A program made the translations under genes and the position numbers. Source: an uncultured Bdellovibrionales bacterium (GTDB lineage: Bacteria; Bdellovibrionota_C; UBA2361; SZUA-149; DAOLCO01). From it: DNA of 64,000 nucleotides. The stretch covers positions 84,373 through 148,372 of the forward strand of contig CAYGUX010000005.1 in the NCBI GenBank assembly GCA_964353175.1. The letters run 5' to 3'. Of the stretch, positions 20,822 to 31,297 are shown piece after piece. The notes below the pieces were generated by a model. It saw nothing but the letters and a program-made list of their open reading frames with translations, did no database searches and was not told the DNA's origin. Position 1 is the first letter of the stretch. Each line of letters begins with the position of its first letter.

Positions 20822-21943
20822 TTACTTAGGGGCATCCTCTACTTTCTTCTCTTCTTCAGGCTTATCTCTTAAAGCATCTAATATCCCAATTTGTTTCAAT
20901 AAGTCATTAGTATCTAACTTATTCACACCGATACTATTAGAGCCAGCTCCAGCCCCATTGTTAATTACTATAAAACTACTTTTGGACTTTGATAACTCAT
21001 CGGCTATTTCAGATTTTAAAATAGCCTCACCACCTGGCCCACTTAATGCTTCAATTCGTTTTTTTAAGCCTTCAATCTCCTGCATTCCAACAGTCATTAT
21101 CCTTTCAGCTTCTAGATTTTTAGACTTAAAATAAGCATCCCCTCTCAGTTGTGCTTGCTCCTTTTTTCCTTTGGCTTCCGCGACAATTCTATTTACTTTC
21201 GCCAAAAGTTCATTGTATTCTATTTTCTTCTGTTCGATTACAACAGCAACCCTCTTTATTTCTTGTGCGGTTTCTTGATTGGTAGCTTGAGTTTGGTCTA
21301 TTTTTTGTTGATAGCTGTCGTCGATCCCATCAGGTTTAATCCTTTCAAACCTATGGCCGTTGTATACGACTGCTTCAATAACTATTCCTTCTGGTTGTAA
21401 GCGCGCATTCATCGCGTTTTTAAGTTTGTCGATAGCTTTCTGCCTTTCTTCCTGACTAAAAAAGTCTCTAGTCGATAGCGTATTCATATGAGTTCTAATA
21501 TCTGATCTGGCAATCGCAGCTACCAATTCATGTATTCTGTTTTGAATCTGGCCTTTTTCACCAGCTACATACTGAATAATATGTGCTACTTTTGTAGGAT
21601 CAACTCTATACTGAACGGTAATCCCTAAAAGAACTTCGTTCCCATCTACGGTTCTTGTTTGAACTGAGTCCTCTATATTAGGATGACTCCCACTTCCTTT
21701 TGCACTCCAACTAATCGTTTGTACAGTTGTGTCTAGCTTATATAGTTCTTCCCAAGGGAATATAAACTTCATTTCACCTGGCTCTAGAACAGTTTGAGAT
21801 ACGCCTCCACCTAAAAAAGGAGGTAATTTTACAAACTTAATTCCATACTCCCCTGCTTCTAATCTTTGAAAACCATTATCACAAGCAGTTAAGGCTAGGG
21901 TGAAAAATGAGAAAAATAAAAGTTTTGCTATATTCATGTTCAT
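20822..21943 (-). CDS. SPFH/band-7 domain lipoprotein (HflC/prohibitin-like)
   Basis: Lipobox LALTAC, an SPFH-like core, and a C-terminal coiled-coil with Ala/Glu/Lys heptads. Confidence 0.6.
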   Translation of the reverse strand: MNMNIAKLLFFSFFTLALTACDNGFQRLEAGEYGIKFVKLPPFLGGGVSQTVLEPGEMKFIFPWEELYKLDTTVQTISWSAKGSGSHPNIEDSVQTRTVDGNEVLLGITVQYRVDPTKVAHIIQYVAGEKGQIQNRIHELVAAIARSDIRTHMNTLSTRDFFSQEERQKAIDKLKNAMNARLQPEGIVIEAVVYNGHRFERIKPDGIDDSYQQKIDQTQATNQETAQEIKRVAVVIEQKKIEYNELLAKVNRIVAEAKGKKEQAQLRGDAYFKSKNLEAERIMTVGMQEIEGLKKRIEALSGPGGEAILKSEIADELSKSKSSFIVINNGAGAGSNSIGVNKLDTNDLLKQIGILDALRDKPEEEKKVEDAPK

Positions 21944-21949
21944 TTGCCT

Positions 21950-23092
21950 TTAATTACCGCTAAACTTATCTGACCAATCATTAACCCGATATGGATCAAC
22001 GCCACTAATTACCCCGCCTTTGAGTGAAGACAGAAATGGGACCATCTTTCTTCCGATATAAATTCCACCACCTTGGCTAGAAAGAATTAAATTTTTCTGT
22101 AGGTCTATTACTGACTTAGATACTTCGACGTTTTTATTTGCAATTGCTACCTGCTCGGATTCATATTTCCTAGCTTCCTCTTCTAGTACGCTTACTTGAG
22201 CATCTCCATTAACTTTTAAAACAGCAATTTTTTGACCATCCCATTCCGCCCTTACGGCTTCTGTTTTTGCCTGAGCTTCCGCTAAATCGCTTAAAGATGC
22301 ATTAAGTCTTTCTGTGGCATCCTGAAGGTTCTTAGCAAAGATTTGGTCATCAATCTTTTGTTCTGCATATACATACCTTCTTATTAATGTAGCCCACATT
22401 TCAATACCTTCTTTATTAACCATCTGGTTTATAGTCTCAGTAGCTTTAAAGGCCGCCCTTTCTCTTAGTGACGGATTATAATAGTCGATAGTTGAGAGTG
22501 TACTTAGTGCTCTTTTTAAGGCGTCTTCCGCTCTAGTAGAAAATGAATTAAGTTGCTTATTCACATTCGTTGTATATGTATTAACTAAATCCCTAGGTCC
22601 TCCGTGTACACGAGTAATGCTTTTAACTAATGGTACATCTTTTTTAATGTGACCATCTTTAGTGTCGTTTTCCTCTGTACCTACTCCTACCGTTTCTCCC
22701 GGTCTATCAAAGTACCGAACTACTAATGTAATATCTGTTTTTACCTTAGATCCATCGGCTGTTGGTATTTCTAGTTTAGCCAAAGATAAATCTCCCTGAC
22801 CCTCATCATCCATTTGAATAAATTGGAAATCTCTTGGAAGTAGTATTACATCTGATAAGCCAGGTACTTTCCAGTGTAGTCCTGGTTCTAGACCAACCTT
22901 CTGGTACCCGCCCTCTGTGAAGCCTGGGATACTATAGTAATTTTGTTTAATGCCGATCATATTGGGTGGCACGATTTTCCCAAAGACAAAAAAGAATAGG
23001 AATGATCCTAGGAGGACAACAACTACTAAGAATCCCAATAGGGACGAAATACTTCCTTTCTCGTAATCGACAATTTGATTTTTCATACTCAC
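21950..23092 (-). CDS. SPFH/band-7 domain membrane protein (HflK-like)
   Basis: N-terminal TM helix, an SPFH-like core and a coiled-coil. Paired with the downstream SPFH lipoprotein. Confidence 0.6.
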   Translation of the reverse strand: MSMKNQIVDYEKGSISSLLGFLVVVVLLGSFLFFFVFGKIVPPNMIGIKQNYYSIPGFTEGGYQKVGLEPGLHWKVPGLSDVILLPRDFQFIQMDDEGQGDLSLAKLEIPTADGSKVKTDITLVVRYFDRPGETVGVGTEENDTKDGHIKKDVPLVKSITRVHGGPRDLVNTYTTNVNKQLNSFSTRAEDALKRALSTLSTIDYYNPSLRERAAFKATETINQMVNKEGIEMWATLIRRYVYAEQKIDDQIFAKNLQDATERLNASLSDLAEAQAKTEAVRAEWDGQKIAVLKVNGDAQVSVLEEEARKYESEQVAIANKNVEVSKSVIDLQKNLILSSQGGGIYIGRKMVPFLSSLKGGVISGVDPYRVNDWSDKFSGN

Positions 23093-23230
23093 TTAGCTCG
23101 TTTGTTAGTGTAACCTTGATGTATCAATAAAGCCTATGCTACTATTACTGACAGTAAATCTAAAACAGATATAACTATATAATGAGTAGAAGGAAGTCGC
23201 AAACTTCGCATTAATTAACTACTTAAATCA

Positions 23231-23692
23231 ATGTTAAACATAATATTACATACTCCAAAAATCCCTCAAAATTCAGGAAATATTGCTAGGCTTACCGCTG
23301 GAAGTAAATTGGCACTGCATTTTATTGAGCCATTAGGATTTGAGCTTTCTGATAAATATTTAAAACGAGCTGGCTTAGACTATTGGCCACTTGTAAATTT
23401 AACAATACATAAATCATGGGATGATTTTCTAGTAACTGAAAAGCTAGATGTCTCCAGTTTGTATGTATTATCAACAAGAGGCCAGAAGTCCTTGTACTCT
23501 ATCAAATTTAAAGCTGGCGATTATCTTCTATTTGGAGATGAAGAAAAGGGCTTACCTGAAAGTTTTCATACTACTTACTCGGACAGGAGATTTAAAATCC
23601 CGATGATTGAGGAAGGCGTCAGGAGTTTAAATTTAGCTAATTCTGTAGCTATCACTGCCTACGAAGCCATTAGACAGTTAGTGCATAGCTAG
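23231..23692 (+). CDS. trmL: tRNA (cytidine/uridine-2'-O)-methyltransferase TrmL (SpoU-TrmH class)
   Basis: Close match to E. coli TrmL: MLNIILHTPKIPQNSGNIARL...HFIEPLGFELSDKYLKRAGLDYW. 153 aa. Confidence 0.85.
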   Translation: MLNIILHTPKIPQNSGNIARLTAGSKLALHFIEPLGFELSDKYLKRAGLDYWPLVNLTIHKSWDDFLVTEKLDVSSLYVLSTRGQKSLYSIKFKAGDYLLFGDEEKGLPESFHTTYSDRRFKIPMIEEGVRSLNLANSVAITAYEAIRQLVHS

Positions 23693-25513
23693 TTATAGGC
23701 AGTTTTTAAAACTAGAATGCCACTCTAACTGAAGAGTTATATTGCGATTATCTCTGGAGTTTAGTTCTTTTGCCGGGGACCAAAGGTTATTTGAGTACAG
23801 CATAGAATCGGTTTTAATTGGAATTGATCTAATCTCCCCCGGGGGAATTATCCCATTCTGGACAGCGCTTGGATTCCTATGCATTTTAGCATGACTAATT
23901 GGATCTAATCTGAAGCTAATGTGCTTGGATGGATGATGGTTTTTTAATACTAAAAATTTAGACTTTGGATTACTCTCTTTCTCCTCACATAAAATAACTT
24001 TGGAATAACCAATAGACCATCTAGTCATATCAGATTCAATCGGATAGAAGCCTAAACTTTGATTACTATCATAATAGAAACTACCCAAAATACTTATAAG
24101 TACGACAATAAGTAATTTCGTATTCCCTGCCTGGGTACAAACTTTAGTAAGAAATATTGGTGCAAGTAATATGATTAAAAGAAAATAGAATTCTAAAAAA
24201 TATATATGCGGTCCACTTAGTAAAGCTACAGCGGATACTGCTAAATAGATTAATACATTGCGGTCGTACTTCCTGAACTTAAATACATTGCGTAAAATAA
24301 ACCAGATAAAGTATATCGCAATCGGCAAACCAAATGTTAATATAAGTTCGGTATAGAAGTTATTACTATTATCCCTCCAATTACCTAAGTCTATACCTGC
24401 CATTTGAGCTAGGTAAGATTGCACCTCATAGAAGCCTTTTAAGCCATAACCTAAGAAAGGTTTTTCCTTCATACCTTCATAGGCGATCTTTAAAAAAGTT
24501 GTACGACTCTCTAGCATCTTAGTAAAAGTATTAGGATCAATAGTATCTAGGAATCTCCTAATTGAACTTTGTTCCGCAAAGTAATCTTTTAAATATATGC
24601 CAATATTTAGAATACATAAAGAAATAGGTAAGCAATAAAGTAATAGGTTTTTTCTACTAACTATATTCCGCTTAGATGACGCCAAGGCAATTAGAACGCT
24701 CGGCACAAAAAACATATAAAAGGTTCTGGAGCCACTAAATTGACTTAATCCCACAATTGAAAGGATTAGCGGAAGATATAGTTTATCCGTATATTTCTTC
24801 TCAAATATGACCAGCATAACTAAAATTCCTAGAATAAGACCTTGAGCATTAGGATCACTTGCGATACCTGAAAATCGATTAGCATAGCTCCAGAAGGCTG
24901 ACTGATTTAAGGAGAAATATGGAAATCCAAGGTGTTGTAAGTATATAAAGATTGCTGAGAGTACTACATAGACTGGTGTAATCTTAAGAATCATTGTTAA
25001 AAGCTTCTTTCGATTATCCTCATCAAGATAAAAAGGTACTGACCCTATGATTAGGAAATCTAAAAAGTTCATAATTGGGAATTTAGCCATTTTAACTATA
25101 TCCAATATCCCGAACCAATTGACATTAGAATTCTTAATCGTATGCGCGACAGCAAATATCTCAATTTGAGTGGAGATAATCAAACTAAGGAATAAGCTAA
25201 GGCCAAGGCATTTAAAATAGTTTAAATACCCTTTATCTAAAGTGCCCATAGTCATAGGTAACAACAAGATATAACAGCATAAGTGAGCCGTAGTAGCACC
25301 TAAGAAAGGCAAGAATAAAAATCCGCAAAGAACTAAAAGCAGATGCCGACTCTTATAAAAATAATAGGAAGAGCAAGACAGTAATCCAGTGAGAGCAATT
25401 ATAATATTGAAGTAGTTAGGACCAGTTAGTGCGTATAAAGGAGTAGTGGCAGATTCTCTATATAGAAGAATCGATTGAAGAATTATTATTAACGGTAATA
25501 AAAACCTAAGCAT
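23693..25513 (-). CDS. Large polytopic membrane protein (O-antigen-ligase/Wzy_C-like topology?) with a C-terminal soluble domain
   Basis: At least 10 hydrophobic helices over ~480 aa, then a ~125-aa hydrophilic tail. The family assignment is tentative. Confidence 0.3.
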   Translation of the reverse strand: MLRFLLPLIIILQSILLYRESATTPLYALTGPNYFNIIIALTGLLSCSSYYFYKSRHLLLVLCGFLFLPFLGATTAHLCCYILLLPMTMGTLDKGYLNYFKCLGLSLFLSLIISTQIEIFAVAHTIKNSNVNWFGILDIVKMAKFPIMNFLDFLIIGSVPFYLDEDNRKKLLTMILKITPVYVVLSAIFIYLQHLGFPYFSLNQSAFWSYANRFSGIASDPNAQGLILGILVMLVIFEKKYTDKLYLPLILSIVGLSQFSGSRTFYMFFVPSVLIALASSKRNIVSRKNLLLYCLPISLCILNIGIYLKDYFAEQSSIRRFLDTIDPNTFTKMLESRTTFLKIAYEGMKEKPFLGYGLKGFYEVQSYLAQMAGIDLGNWRDNSNNFYTELILTFGLPIAIYFIWFILRNVFKFRKYDRNVLIYLAVSAVALLSGPHIYFLEFYFLLIILLAPIFLTKVCTQAGNTKLLIVVLISILGSFYYDSNQSLGFYPIESDMTRWSIGYSKVILCEEKESNPKSKFLVLKNHHPSKHISFRLDPISHAKMHRNPSAVQNGIIPPGEIRSIPIKTDSMLYSNNLWSPAKELNSRDNRNITLQLEWHSSFKNCL

Positions 25514-25521
25514 CTATAGAT

Positions 25522-26343
25522 CTATTTCTTTTGTGCATATTTATCACAGAAATCTTTCCCCTCACCTTCTATTGCAAGTACACAACTATCTTTGAAAGTT
25601 TTTTTAAGACCCCTCGGCCCTGCTTTAGCTGCTGGAAGAAACAATTCAGAACTTGGAATGTTTTTTAATTTAAAGAGTACAAGTTCTCTAATCTCTACCC
25701 TGAGGCTTGAAGTTTTTGTTTCACCGCTTGTAACTTGGAAATACGAGTTGGCACTAATATCATTTAAGGTATCAATACTAACGCCAGTAATATAACTATT
25801 GTCCTGATTGTATGGACTGAAATCATCATTAACTTTAGCATATACCGAACTAATAAAGTTCCCAGGTAGGACTAGAAAACTTAATGCATGCCAATCTAAC
25901 TCTTGTGATTCTAAAGTGCTAACAGGTAAAGGTGAAAGAGTGTACCATCCACCAGTTCCATCCTGATCCTTTAAATAGAACTCCAATCTAGTACTTGTTC
26001 TCAATCTTATCAACGACAATGCCCAGCCGGCATAGGGAGCGGTTTGGCTGTCATAATTAGTCACTAGTCTTTGTCTTTTATCTAGTGGTGGCGCTTGAGT
26101 ATATTTAAAATAGAAGCTTAATAAGATAGGCTCCGCATCAGATGGAAATAGATCACCATCTGACTTTAGAGAAAAATAAGAAGATTCTTTTGGTTCCGCA
26201 TTTTTCAAATCACCAATTTCAGACTGGCTAGTCTTAGATGATTTGATTTTTAAGGATTTGCTTTCACGATTACAACTAGCAGTCGTAATGCCAATGCATA
26301 AAAAAATAAAAAGAATTTGAAGTGATTTTTGGAGGCTTAACAT
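25522..26343 (-). CDS. Lipoprotein with a jelly-roll (LamG/concanavalin-like) appearance
   Basis: Lipobox ITTASC. Beta-rich sequence with GWALSLIRL...WHALSFLV. Confidence 0.3.
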   Translation of the reverse strand: MLSLQKSLQILFIFLCIGITTASCNRESKSLKIKSSKTSQSEIGDLKNAEPKESSYFSLKSDGDLFPSDAEPILLSFYFKYTQAPPLDKRQRLVTNYDSQTAPYAGWALSLIRLRTSTRLEFYLKDQDGTGGWYTLSPLPVSTLESQELDWHALSFLVLPGNFISSVYAKVNDDFSPYNQDNSYITGVSIDTLNDISANSYFQVTSGETKTSSLRVEIRELVLFKLKNIPSSELFLPAAKAGPRGLKKTFKDSCVLAIEGEGKDFCDKYAQKK

Positions 26344-26399
26344 TAAGCCTCCAAAAAATTAGAAATAAGGAACAAAAGTAACCCTTATTAATTAGGCAA

Positions 26400-26969
26400 T
26401 TATTCAGCCTCGGAAGCTTCTTCCTCTGCTTCTTCTGTCGGTGCCTTCTCTTGCTTTTTACGTTTAGCTTTTTCGAAAGCAATCATGGCTTCTTCGCTCG
26501 CTTTTCTTTCCTCCGCTTCGGTTGCCTTCATTGCTTCAACTCTTACAATGAATGTTCCAATTACGTCAGAATGAAGTTTAATTTTGACAGTGTGATCGCC
26601 TAACTTCCTTAGAGCATCAGTGATTAGAATTCGTCTTCTATCAACTGAGAATCCATCTGCAGTGAGCTGTTCAGAGATGTCTTTTGCACTAATAGAACCG
26701 AATACTCTTCCGCCATTTCCAACTCTAAGTCCAAGCTTAACTACACGTTGAGCCCACTCAGTTTTAGATGCTTCAGCTTCTATCTTCAATTTTTTCTTTT
26801 TAACTTCAACTTGACGTAACTTATGAGCGATTTCTTTTGAGCTACCTGCTTTAGATTCTACTGCGAATCCATTTGGTAAAAGAAAATTCCTAGCGTAACC
26901 AGGTCTTACGTTTACAATCTCTCCAATATCTCCCAAACCACTTACGTCATTGGTTAACAAAATTTCCAT
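26400..26969 (-). CDS. rplI: 50S ribosomal protein L9 with a charged C-terminal extension
   Basis: MEILLTNDVSGLGDIGEIVNVRPGYARNFLLPNGFA is canonical L9. 189 aa, against ~150 typical, because of the EAE-rich tail. Confidence 0.9.
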   Translation of the reverse strand: MEILLTNDVSGLGDIGEIVNVRPGYARNFLLPNGFAVESKAGSSKEIAHKLRQVEVKKKKLKIEAEASKTEWAQRVVKLGLRVGNGGRVFGSISAKDISEQLTADGFSVDRRRILITDALRKLGDHTVKIKLHSDVIGTFIVRVEAMKATEAEERKASEEAMIAFEKAKRKKQEKAPTEEAEEEASEAE

Positions 26970-27009
26970 GCCAATCCTTATTTTACTATTTCAAATCTCA
27001 ATTTAAACT

Positions 27010-27462
27010 TTAAGCTGAAGCTCCAACATCGTCCGCATCATCTTGTAAATCATCTTTATCATCACCATCACCAGCTCCATTTCCACCAAAAGTAGAAACA
27101 TGAGGTGGTCTATACCCGTAGGTAAAGTCACTCTTTAGTCTTCCATTAAGATCCGGTGAAAAATCATTTTTAGTCATAATCGAATTTCGAAGGACTTCAT
27201 CCATAAGGCTGATCTGTCTTCTGAGGTCAGCTACGATACTACCTAAGCCATTAACATTAACAGCTACAAATAATCCGTATTTGTAATTGTTAATTGGGTA
27301 AGCTAAAGATCTTTTACCCCAGATTTCTCTTTTTTCAACTACTCCAGCGTGATCTCTAGCGACTTCTTCGATTTTTCTCAATCTTTCTTCTAAAACGCTA
27401 TCTTGTGTATTTGGATTGAATACCAAAAGCAATTCATATTTTCTTTGTTTTTCTGATATCAT
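27010..27462 (-). CDS. rpsF: 30S ribosomal protein S6 with an acidic tail
   Basis: YELLLVFNPN...VEKREIWGKRSLAYPI is canonical S6. Poly-Asp C-terminus. Confidence 0.9.
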   Translation of the reverse strand: MISEKQRKYELLLVFNPNTQDSVLEERLRKIEEVARDHAGVVEKREIWGKRSLAYPINNYKYGLFVAVNVNGLGSIVADLRRQISLMDEVLRNSIMTKNDFSPDLNGRLKSDFTYGYRPPHVSTFGGNGAGDGDDKDDLQDDADDVGASA

Positions 27463-27544
27463 ATTTCTCCCTTAATGCGCATACTCACTCGATATTCGCG
27501 CAATTTTTACTCCAACTCTTTAGTTTTTAAATTATTCAAACTTA

Positions 27545-28183
27545 TCAAGCTTGAATGCTTCTTTCTAAGATCTTTCCAAATTCCATTCTAGGTACTTCCG
27601 TAGTTAGTTCTTGATATAATTTCCTAGCAACTCTACTTAGTACTTCCTTTTCTTTTATAGCATCGTCCTTTTTCGACTTTGATAAAACCCAATCACTTAC
27701 CTCTACGAATCTTTCATCACTATCAACAAGATCCCTTGGATGGCCTATACCTATTCTAAATCTAAAAAACTCTCGACTACCCAGTATATTAATAATACTT
27801 TGTATGCCCCTATGCCCACCAGCACCACCCCCTACTTTTAGCTTCAAATTACCTGATTTGAAGTCTAACTCATCATGAGCCACTAGTAGGTTCATCGGTT
27901 CGGAAGATAAATTCATGTCCTTATAAAATTTAATGGCGGCCAATAAGGGCTCTCCACTAAGGTTCATAAAGGAAATTGGTTTTACCATCCTTAGCACCCT
28001 TCCAAATGATAGGGAGCAACTAGAAATAATATATTTATCTCTTTTTACCTCCGACCAATTAGATCCAAATTCATTACTGAGTAGATCTAAAAATTCAAAA
28101 CCTGCATTATGCCGTGTTCCCCTATATCGTTCACCTGGATTTCCAAGACCAACGACATAGAGACTTTGAGCGTCCTTACTCAA
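27545..28183 (-). CDS. pth: Peptidyl-tRNA hydrolase
   Basis: LYVVGLGNPGERYRGTRHNAGF and HDELD motifs. Confidence 0.9.
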   Translation of the reverse strand: MSKDAQSLYVVGLGNPGERYRGTRHNAGFEFLDLLSNEFGSNWSEVKRDKYIISSCSLSFGRVLRMVKPISFMNLSGEPLLAAIKFYKDMNLSSEPMNLLVAHDELDFKSGNLKLKVGGGAGGHRGIQSIINILGSREFFRFRIGIGHPRDLVDSDERFVEVSDWVLSKSKKDDAIKEKEVLSRVARKLYQELTTEVPRMEFGKILERSIQA

Positions 28184-28189
28184 AGACCA

Positions 28190-28819
28190 CTACTTTTTAG
28201 CTGCTGGAGCAGCTACTACTGGCTTTTCCTCTTCTGCTGTTTTTGGTGCTACGGCCGCTCTCTTATCAACAAAAGCAGTTACGATCATAAGCCCTTCAAC
28301 GCACTTCAACTTAACACCTTCTGGTAAATCTAAATCACTTGCGTGTAAAGATTCTCCTGCCAATAAGCTTGTAATATCCAAAACAAATTCTTTCGGAATT
28401 TTTGTGGCTTTAGCTTCAATACTAACTTCGTAAACCATCTGGTTAATTGTCGCAGTTCCTTGCCTAACGCAGTCTGGAGAACCTTTTATAATGACAGGAA
28501 TACTTACTGCTACTGATTGGTCTTCAGTAACAGCTAAGAATTCTACGTGCATTAAAGTACCTTTGATTGGTTCCACTTGCACAGACTTAACCAAGCCCAT
28601 CAGACCATCAAGGTCTTTGTAGCCTGAGAATTTAAATAGTTGTGAATGCGGCTTTCCTCTGGCTTTAAGGCCAAATGTATGTGCATCCATTACAAAGGAT
28701 TTTGCTTCATGGTCCTTTCTATAAACCACTGCAGGAAGCTTACCTGCCGACCTTTGACGCCTTGAATCACCAGATCCAATGCCTGCTCTTTCTGTAATCT
28801 CTAATTCTATGACATCCAC
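28190..28819 (-). CDS. rplY: 50S ribosomal protein L25 / general stress protein Ctc
   Basis: RRQRSAGKLPAVVYRKD N-terminal motif. 209 aa, the long form with a Ctc C-domain. Sits in the conserved prs-rplY-pth arrangement. Confidence 0.85.
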   Translation of the reverse strand: MDVIELEITERAGIGSGDSRRQRSAGKLPAVVYRKDHEAKSFVMDAHTFGLKARGKPHSQLFKFSGYKDLDGLMGLVKSVQVEPIKGTLMHVEFLAVTEDQSVAVSIPVIIKGSPDCVRQGTATINQMVYEVSIEAKATKIPKEFVLDITSLLAGESLHASDLDLPEGVKLKCVEGLMIVTAFVDKRAAVAPKTAEEEKPVVAAPAAKK

Positions 28820-29055
28820 TAGTTCACCTAAAAATCTATAAGAATATAATTATTCAGTATTTACGGGGCGGGAGACTATAAAATGGTACCTATTTTATCA
28901 ATAGGTAAATGGGATATATTTTGAACTAATTTGAAAAATATGACTTTTTTAACCATAAAAGCGCATAATACTGACTATATTAATGCTTTGTCCGGCCTCG
29001 AAAGTATGATTTTTTGCAATTTACTTTATCTTTTAGAAGAATTAGTAAAAACAGC

Positions 29056-30012
29056 TTACTCTTCTCCAAAGAGTAAGCTTACCGAAGAATCCTCATGAAT
29101 ACGCCGTATCGCTTCCCCTATTAGTGGGGCAACTGACAAACGGGCTATCCAATTATTATGTTGATTGGAGTTTAAGTCCGGGTGATAAATGGAGTCGCTA
29201 GTGATAATTTTCTGGATTTTACTATTGGGAATAAGTTCTTTCGCATTGCCTGATAATACAGGGTGAGTAGCAAGCGCATAAACTGACTTTGCACCCTGCT
29301 CTAAGAGTGCTTCTGCGGCTTTCACCATCGTACCACCAGTATCAATCATATCATCTATGATAATCGCTACTTTAGAAGACACGTCTCCAACTACATTCAT
29401 CTCCGCTACTTCGTTTGGAGCGGTTCGCCTCTTATCTATTATTGCTAAACTAGCATCTAATCTTTTCGCGTAAGCTCTTGCTCTTGCTACTCCTCCAGCA
29501 TCGGGAGAAACAATTGTAATCTCTTCTTGATCAAAATGTTCTTTTACATAATTTAGTAATACTGGTCTCGCATATAAATTATCAACTGGAACGTTAAAAA
29601 AGCCCATTACTTGGCCTGCATGCAAGTCCATGGTTAGCACCCTGTTTGCACCGGCGCAAACAATCAGATCAGCTACTAACTTAGCTGTTATTGCTACTCT
29701 TGGTTTAGTTTTTCTATCCTGCCTAGCGTATCCAAAGTATGGAATTACGGCAGTAATCCTTTCTGCACTTGCTCTTCTCAAGGCGTCCATTATGATTAGG
29801 AGCTCCATCAAGTGATCATTACCAGGAGTGCTTGTGCTCTGAACTACGAATACGTCATGCCCTCTAACGTTATCCTTTATTTCGACTCCTAATTCACCAT
29901 CGCTGAACCTACGTATATCGCACCGAGTAAGATCCACGTTCGCAGATTTTGCAATTTCTTCTGCTAATGGGGGGTTAGATCTACCTGCTATTATTGAAAG
30001 AGGACCGCGCAT
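29056..30012 (-). CDS. prs: Ribose-phosphate pyrophosphokinase
   Basis: PRPP synthase blocks (DLHAGQVMGFF, the PRPP-binding loop IIDDMIDTGGT). 318 aa. Confidence 0.92.
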   Translation of the reverse strand: MRGPLSIIAGRSNPPLAEEIAKSANVDLTRCDIRRFSDGELGVEIKDNVRGHDVFVVQSTSTPGNDHLMELLIIMDALRRASAERITAVIPYFGYARQDRKTKPRVAITAKLVADLIVCAGANRVLTMDLHAGQVMGFFNVPVDNLYARPVLLNYVKEHFDQEEITIVSPDAGGVARARAYAKRLDASLAIIDKRRTAPNEVAEMNVVGDVSSKVAIIIDDMIDTGGTMVKAAEALLEQGAKSVYALATHPVLSGNAKELIPNSKIQKIITSDSIYHPDLNSNQHNNWIARLSVAPLIGEAIRRIHEDSSVSLLFGEE

Positions 30013-30220
30013 AATAATTAATTACCTGTTTATCTCTTAGCTGATTAAATACTCTAAGAATTCTAGCTATTTATTAAAAATAAGTCCACTACTGTCATTT
30101 TAGCATGTTATTAGCGAACAAATGAAATATGATTCATTAAAAATTGCAGATTTATAGATTATTGTCTTAACAACATTTTCAAGGGTAAACTGCATAACAT
30201 AATATAAAGACCTTATAATT

Positions 30221-31246
30221 ATGAACTGTAGAATTCTCCTCCTAGTAACATCTCTATTTTTTGCCGCATGTAACGGGCAAGATGGCCTCCAGAAACAGCT
30301 CACCGAAGCTTTGGGCCTTAAAGGACCGAAAAAGACAGGTACGCAGTTGTTGCCTAGTAAAGAGGATAAAACAGCCTTATCTAATTCTATCCAAGGATGC
30401 CCCAAGGATTCTTCATTAGCTGGTCGAGCTTTCCCAAGAGGGAATATGCAATATTGTGCATACAAAGATGAAAAGGGGCTGGAGATCAAACATGGAGAGT
30501 TTAGAAGGTGGTATTCGAATGGGAAATTTGAAGCTAAGGGTCAATTTCAAGATGGGGAGATCGAAGGACTATATCAAACATTCTATGAGACTGGTCAGAT
30601 CAAAGATCAATGTAACTACCTACATGGGCAAGCCAATGGACTAAAGACTACATACTCTAAGGAAGGTAAAAAACTGTCCGTGGAGACCTTTAAATCTGGA
30701 TTCAAGGAAGGACTATCTGTTAAATATGGCAGGAATGAAACAATTCTAGAAAAAGGTAGTTATAGTGGTGATTTGAAAAATGGTTTATGGGAACTCTTTA
30801 ACAAGAATGGGGTACTCAGAGAAAAAGCTGAATTCAGTCAAGATGTGCGTCATGGTAAGAACATAAAATACAATAAAAAGGGGGCCCTACTCTCTCAAGG
30901 ATTTTATAGTCACGACAAAGAATTGGGACACTGGATATATTTCAATAATCAGGGATTAAAAAAAACGGAAGGTAACTACGTAGATGGTAAAAAACATGGT
31001 AGGTGGGTTGATTATGGCCGAAATGGTGAGGAGGTTAGAAATACATTTTTTGATTACGGCAGGAAGTTAGACTCGGTTACAGTTAAACAGAATTCGGGGG
31101 CTGGAGGCCAAACTCAAGGATTCGGTAAGGGAGATATATTTGGAGAGGAACCTATTATTCGCCCTAGGACTAATAACTACGAAAGACCACGCCAAGAAAG
31201 TAATCGCCCTAAACCATTAGAAAAAGAAGGTTGGAATCCATTGTAG
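30221..31246 (+). CDS. MORN-variant (YwqK-like) repeat lipoprotein
   Basis: Lipobox FFAAC. About 8 tandem ~23-aa repeats of the form G.W..Y..NG.....G.Y..G...G. Confidence 0.5.
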   Translation: MNCRILLLVTSLFFAACNGQDGLQKQLTEALGLKGPKKTGTQLLPSKEDKTALSNSIQGCPKDSSLAGRAFPRGNMQYCAYKDEKGLEIKHGEFRRWYSNGKFEAKGQFQDGEIEGLYQTFYETGQIKDQCNYLHGQANGLKTTYSKEGKKLSVETFKSGFKEGLSVKYGRNETILEKGSYSGDLKNGLWELFNKNGVLREKAEFSQDVRHGKNIKYNKKGALLSQGFYSHDKELGHWIYFNNQGLKKTEGNYVDGKKHGRWVDYGRNGEEVRNTFFDYGRKLDSVTVKQNSGAGGQTQGFGKGDIFGEEPIIRPRTNNYERPRQESNRPKPLEKEGWNPL

Positions 31247-31297
31247 GCCATTACCTCGATCTTTCCACTTCTTAGATACTGTAGTATCAATGTATAT

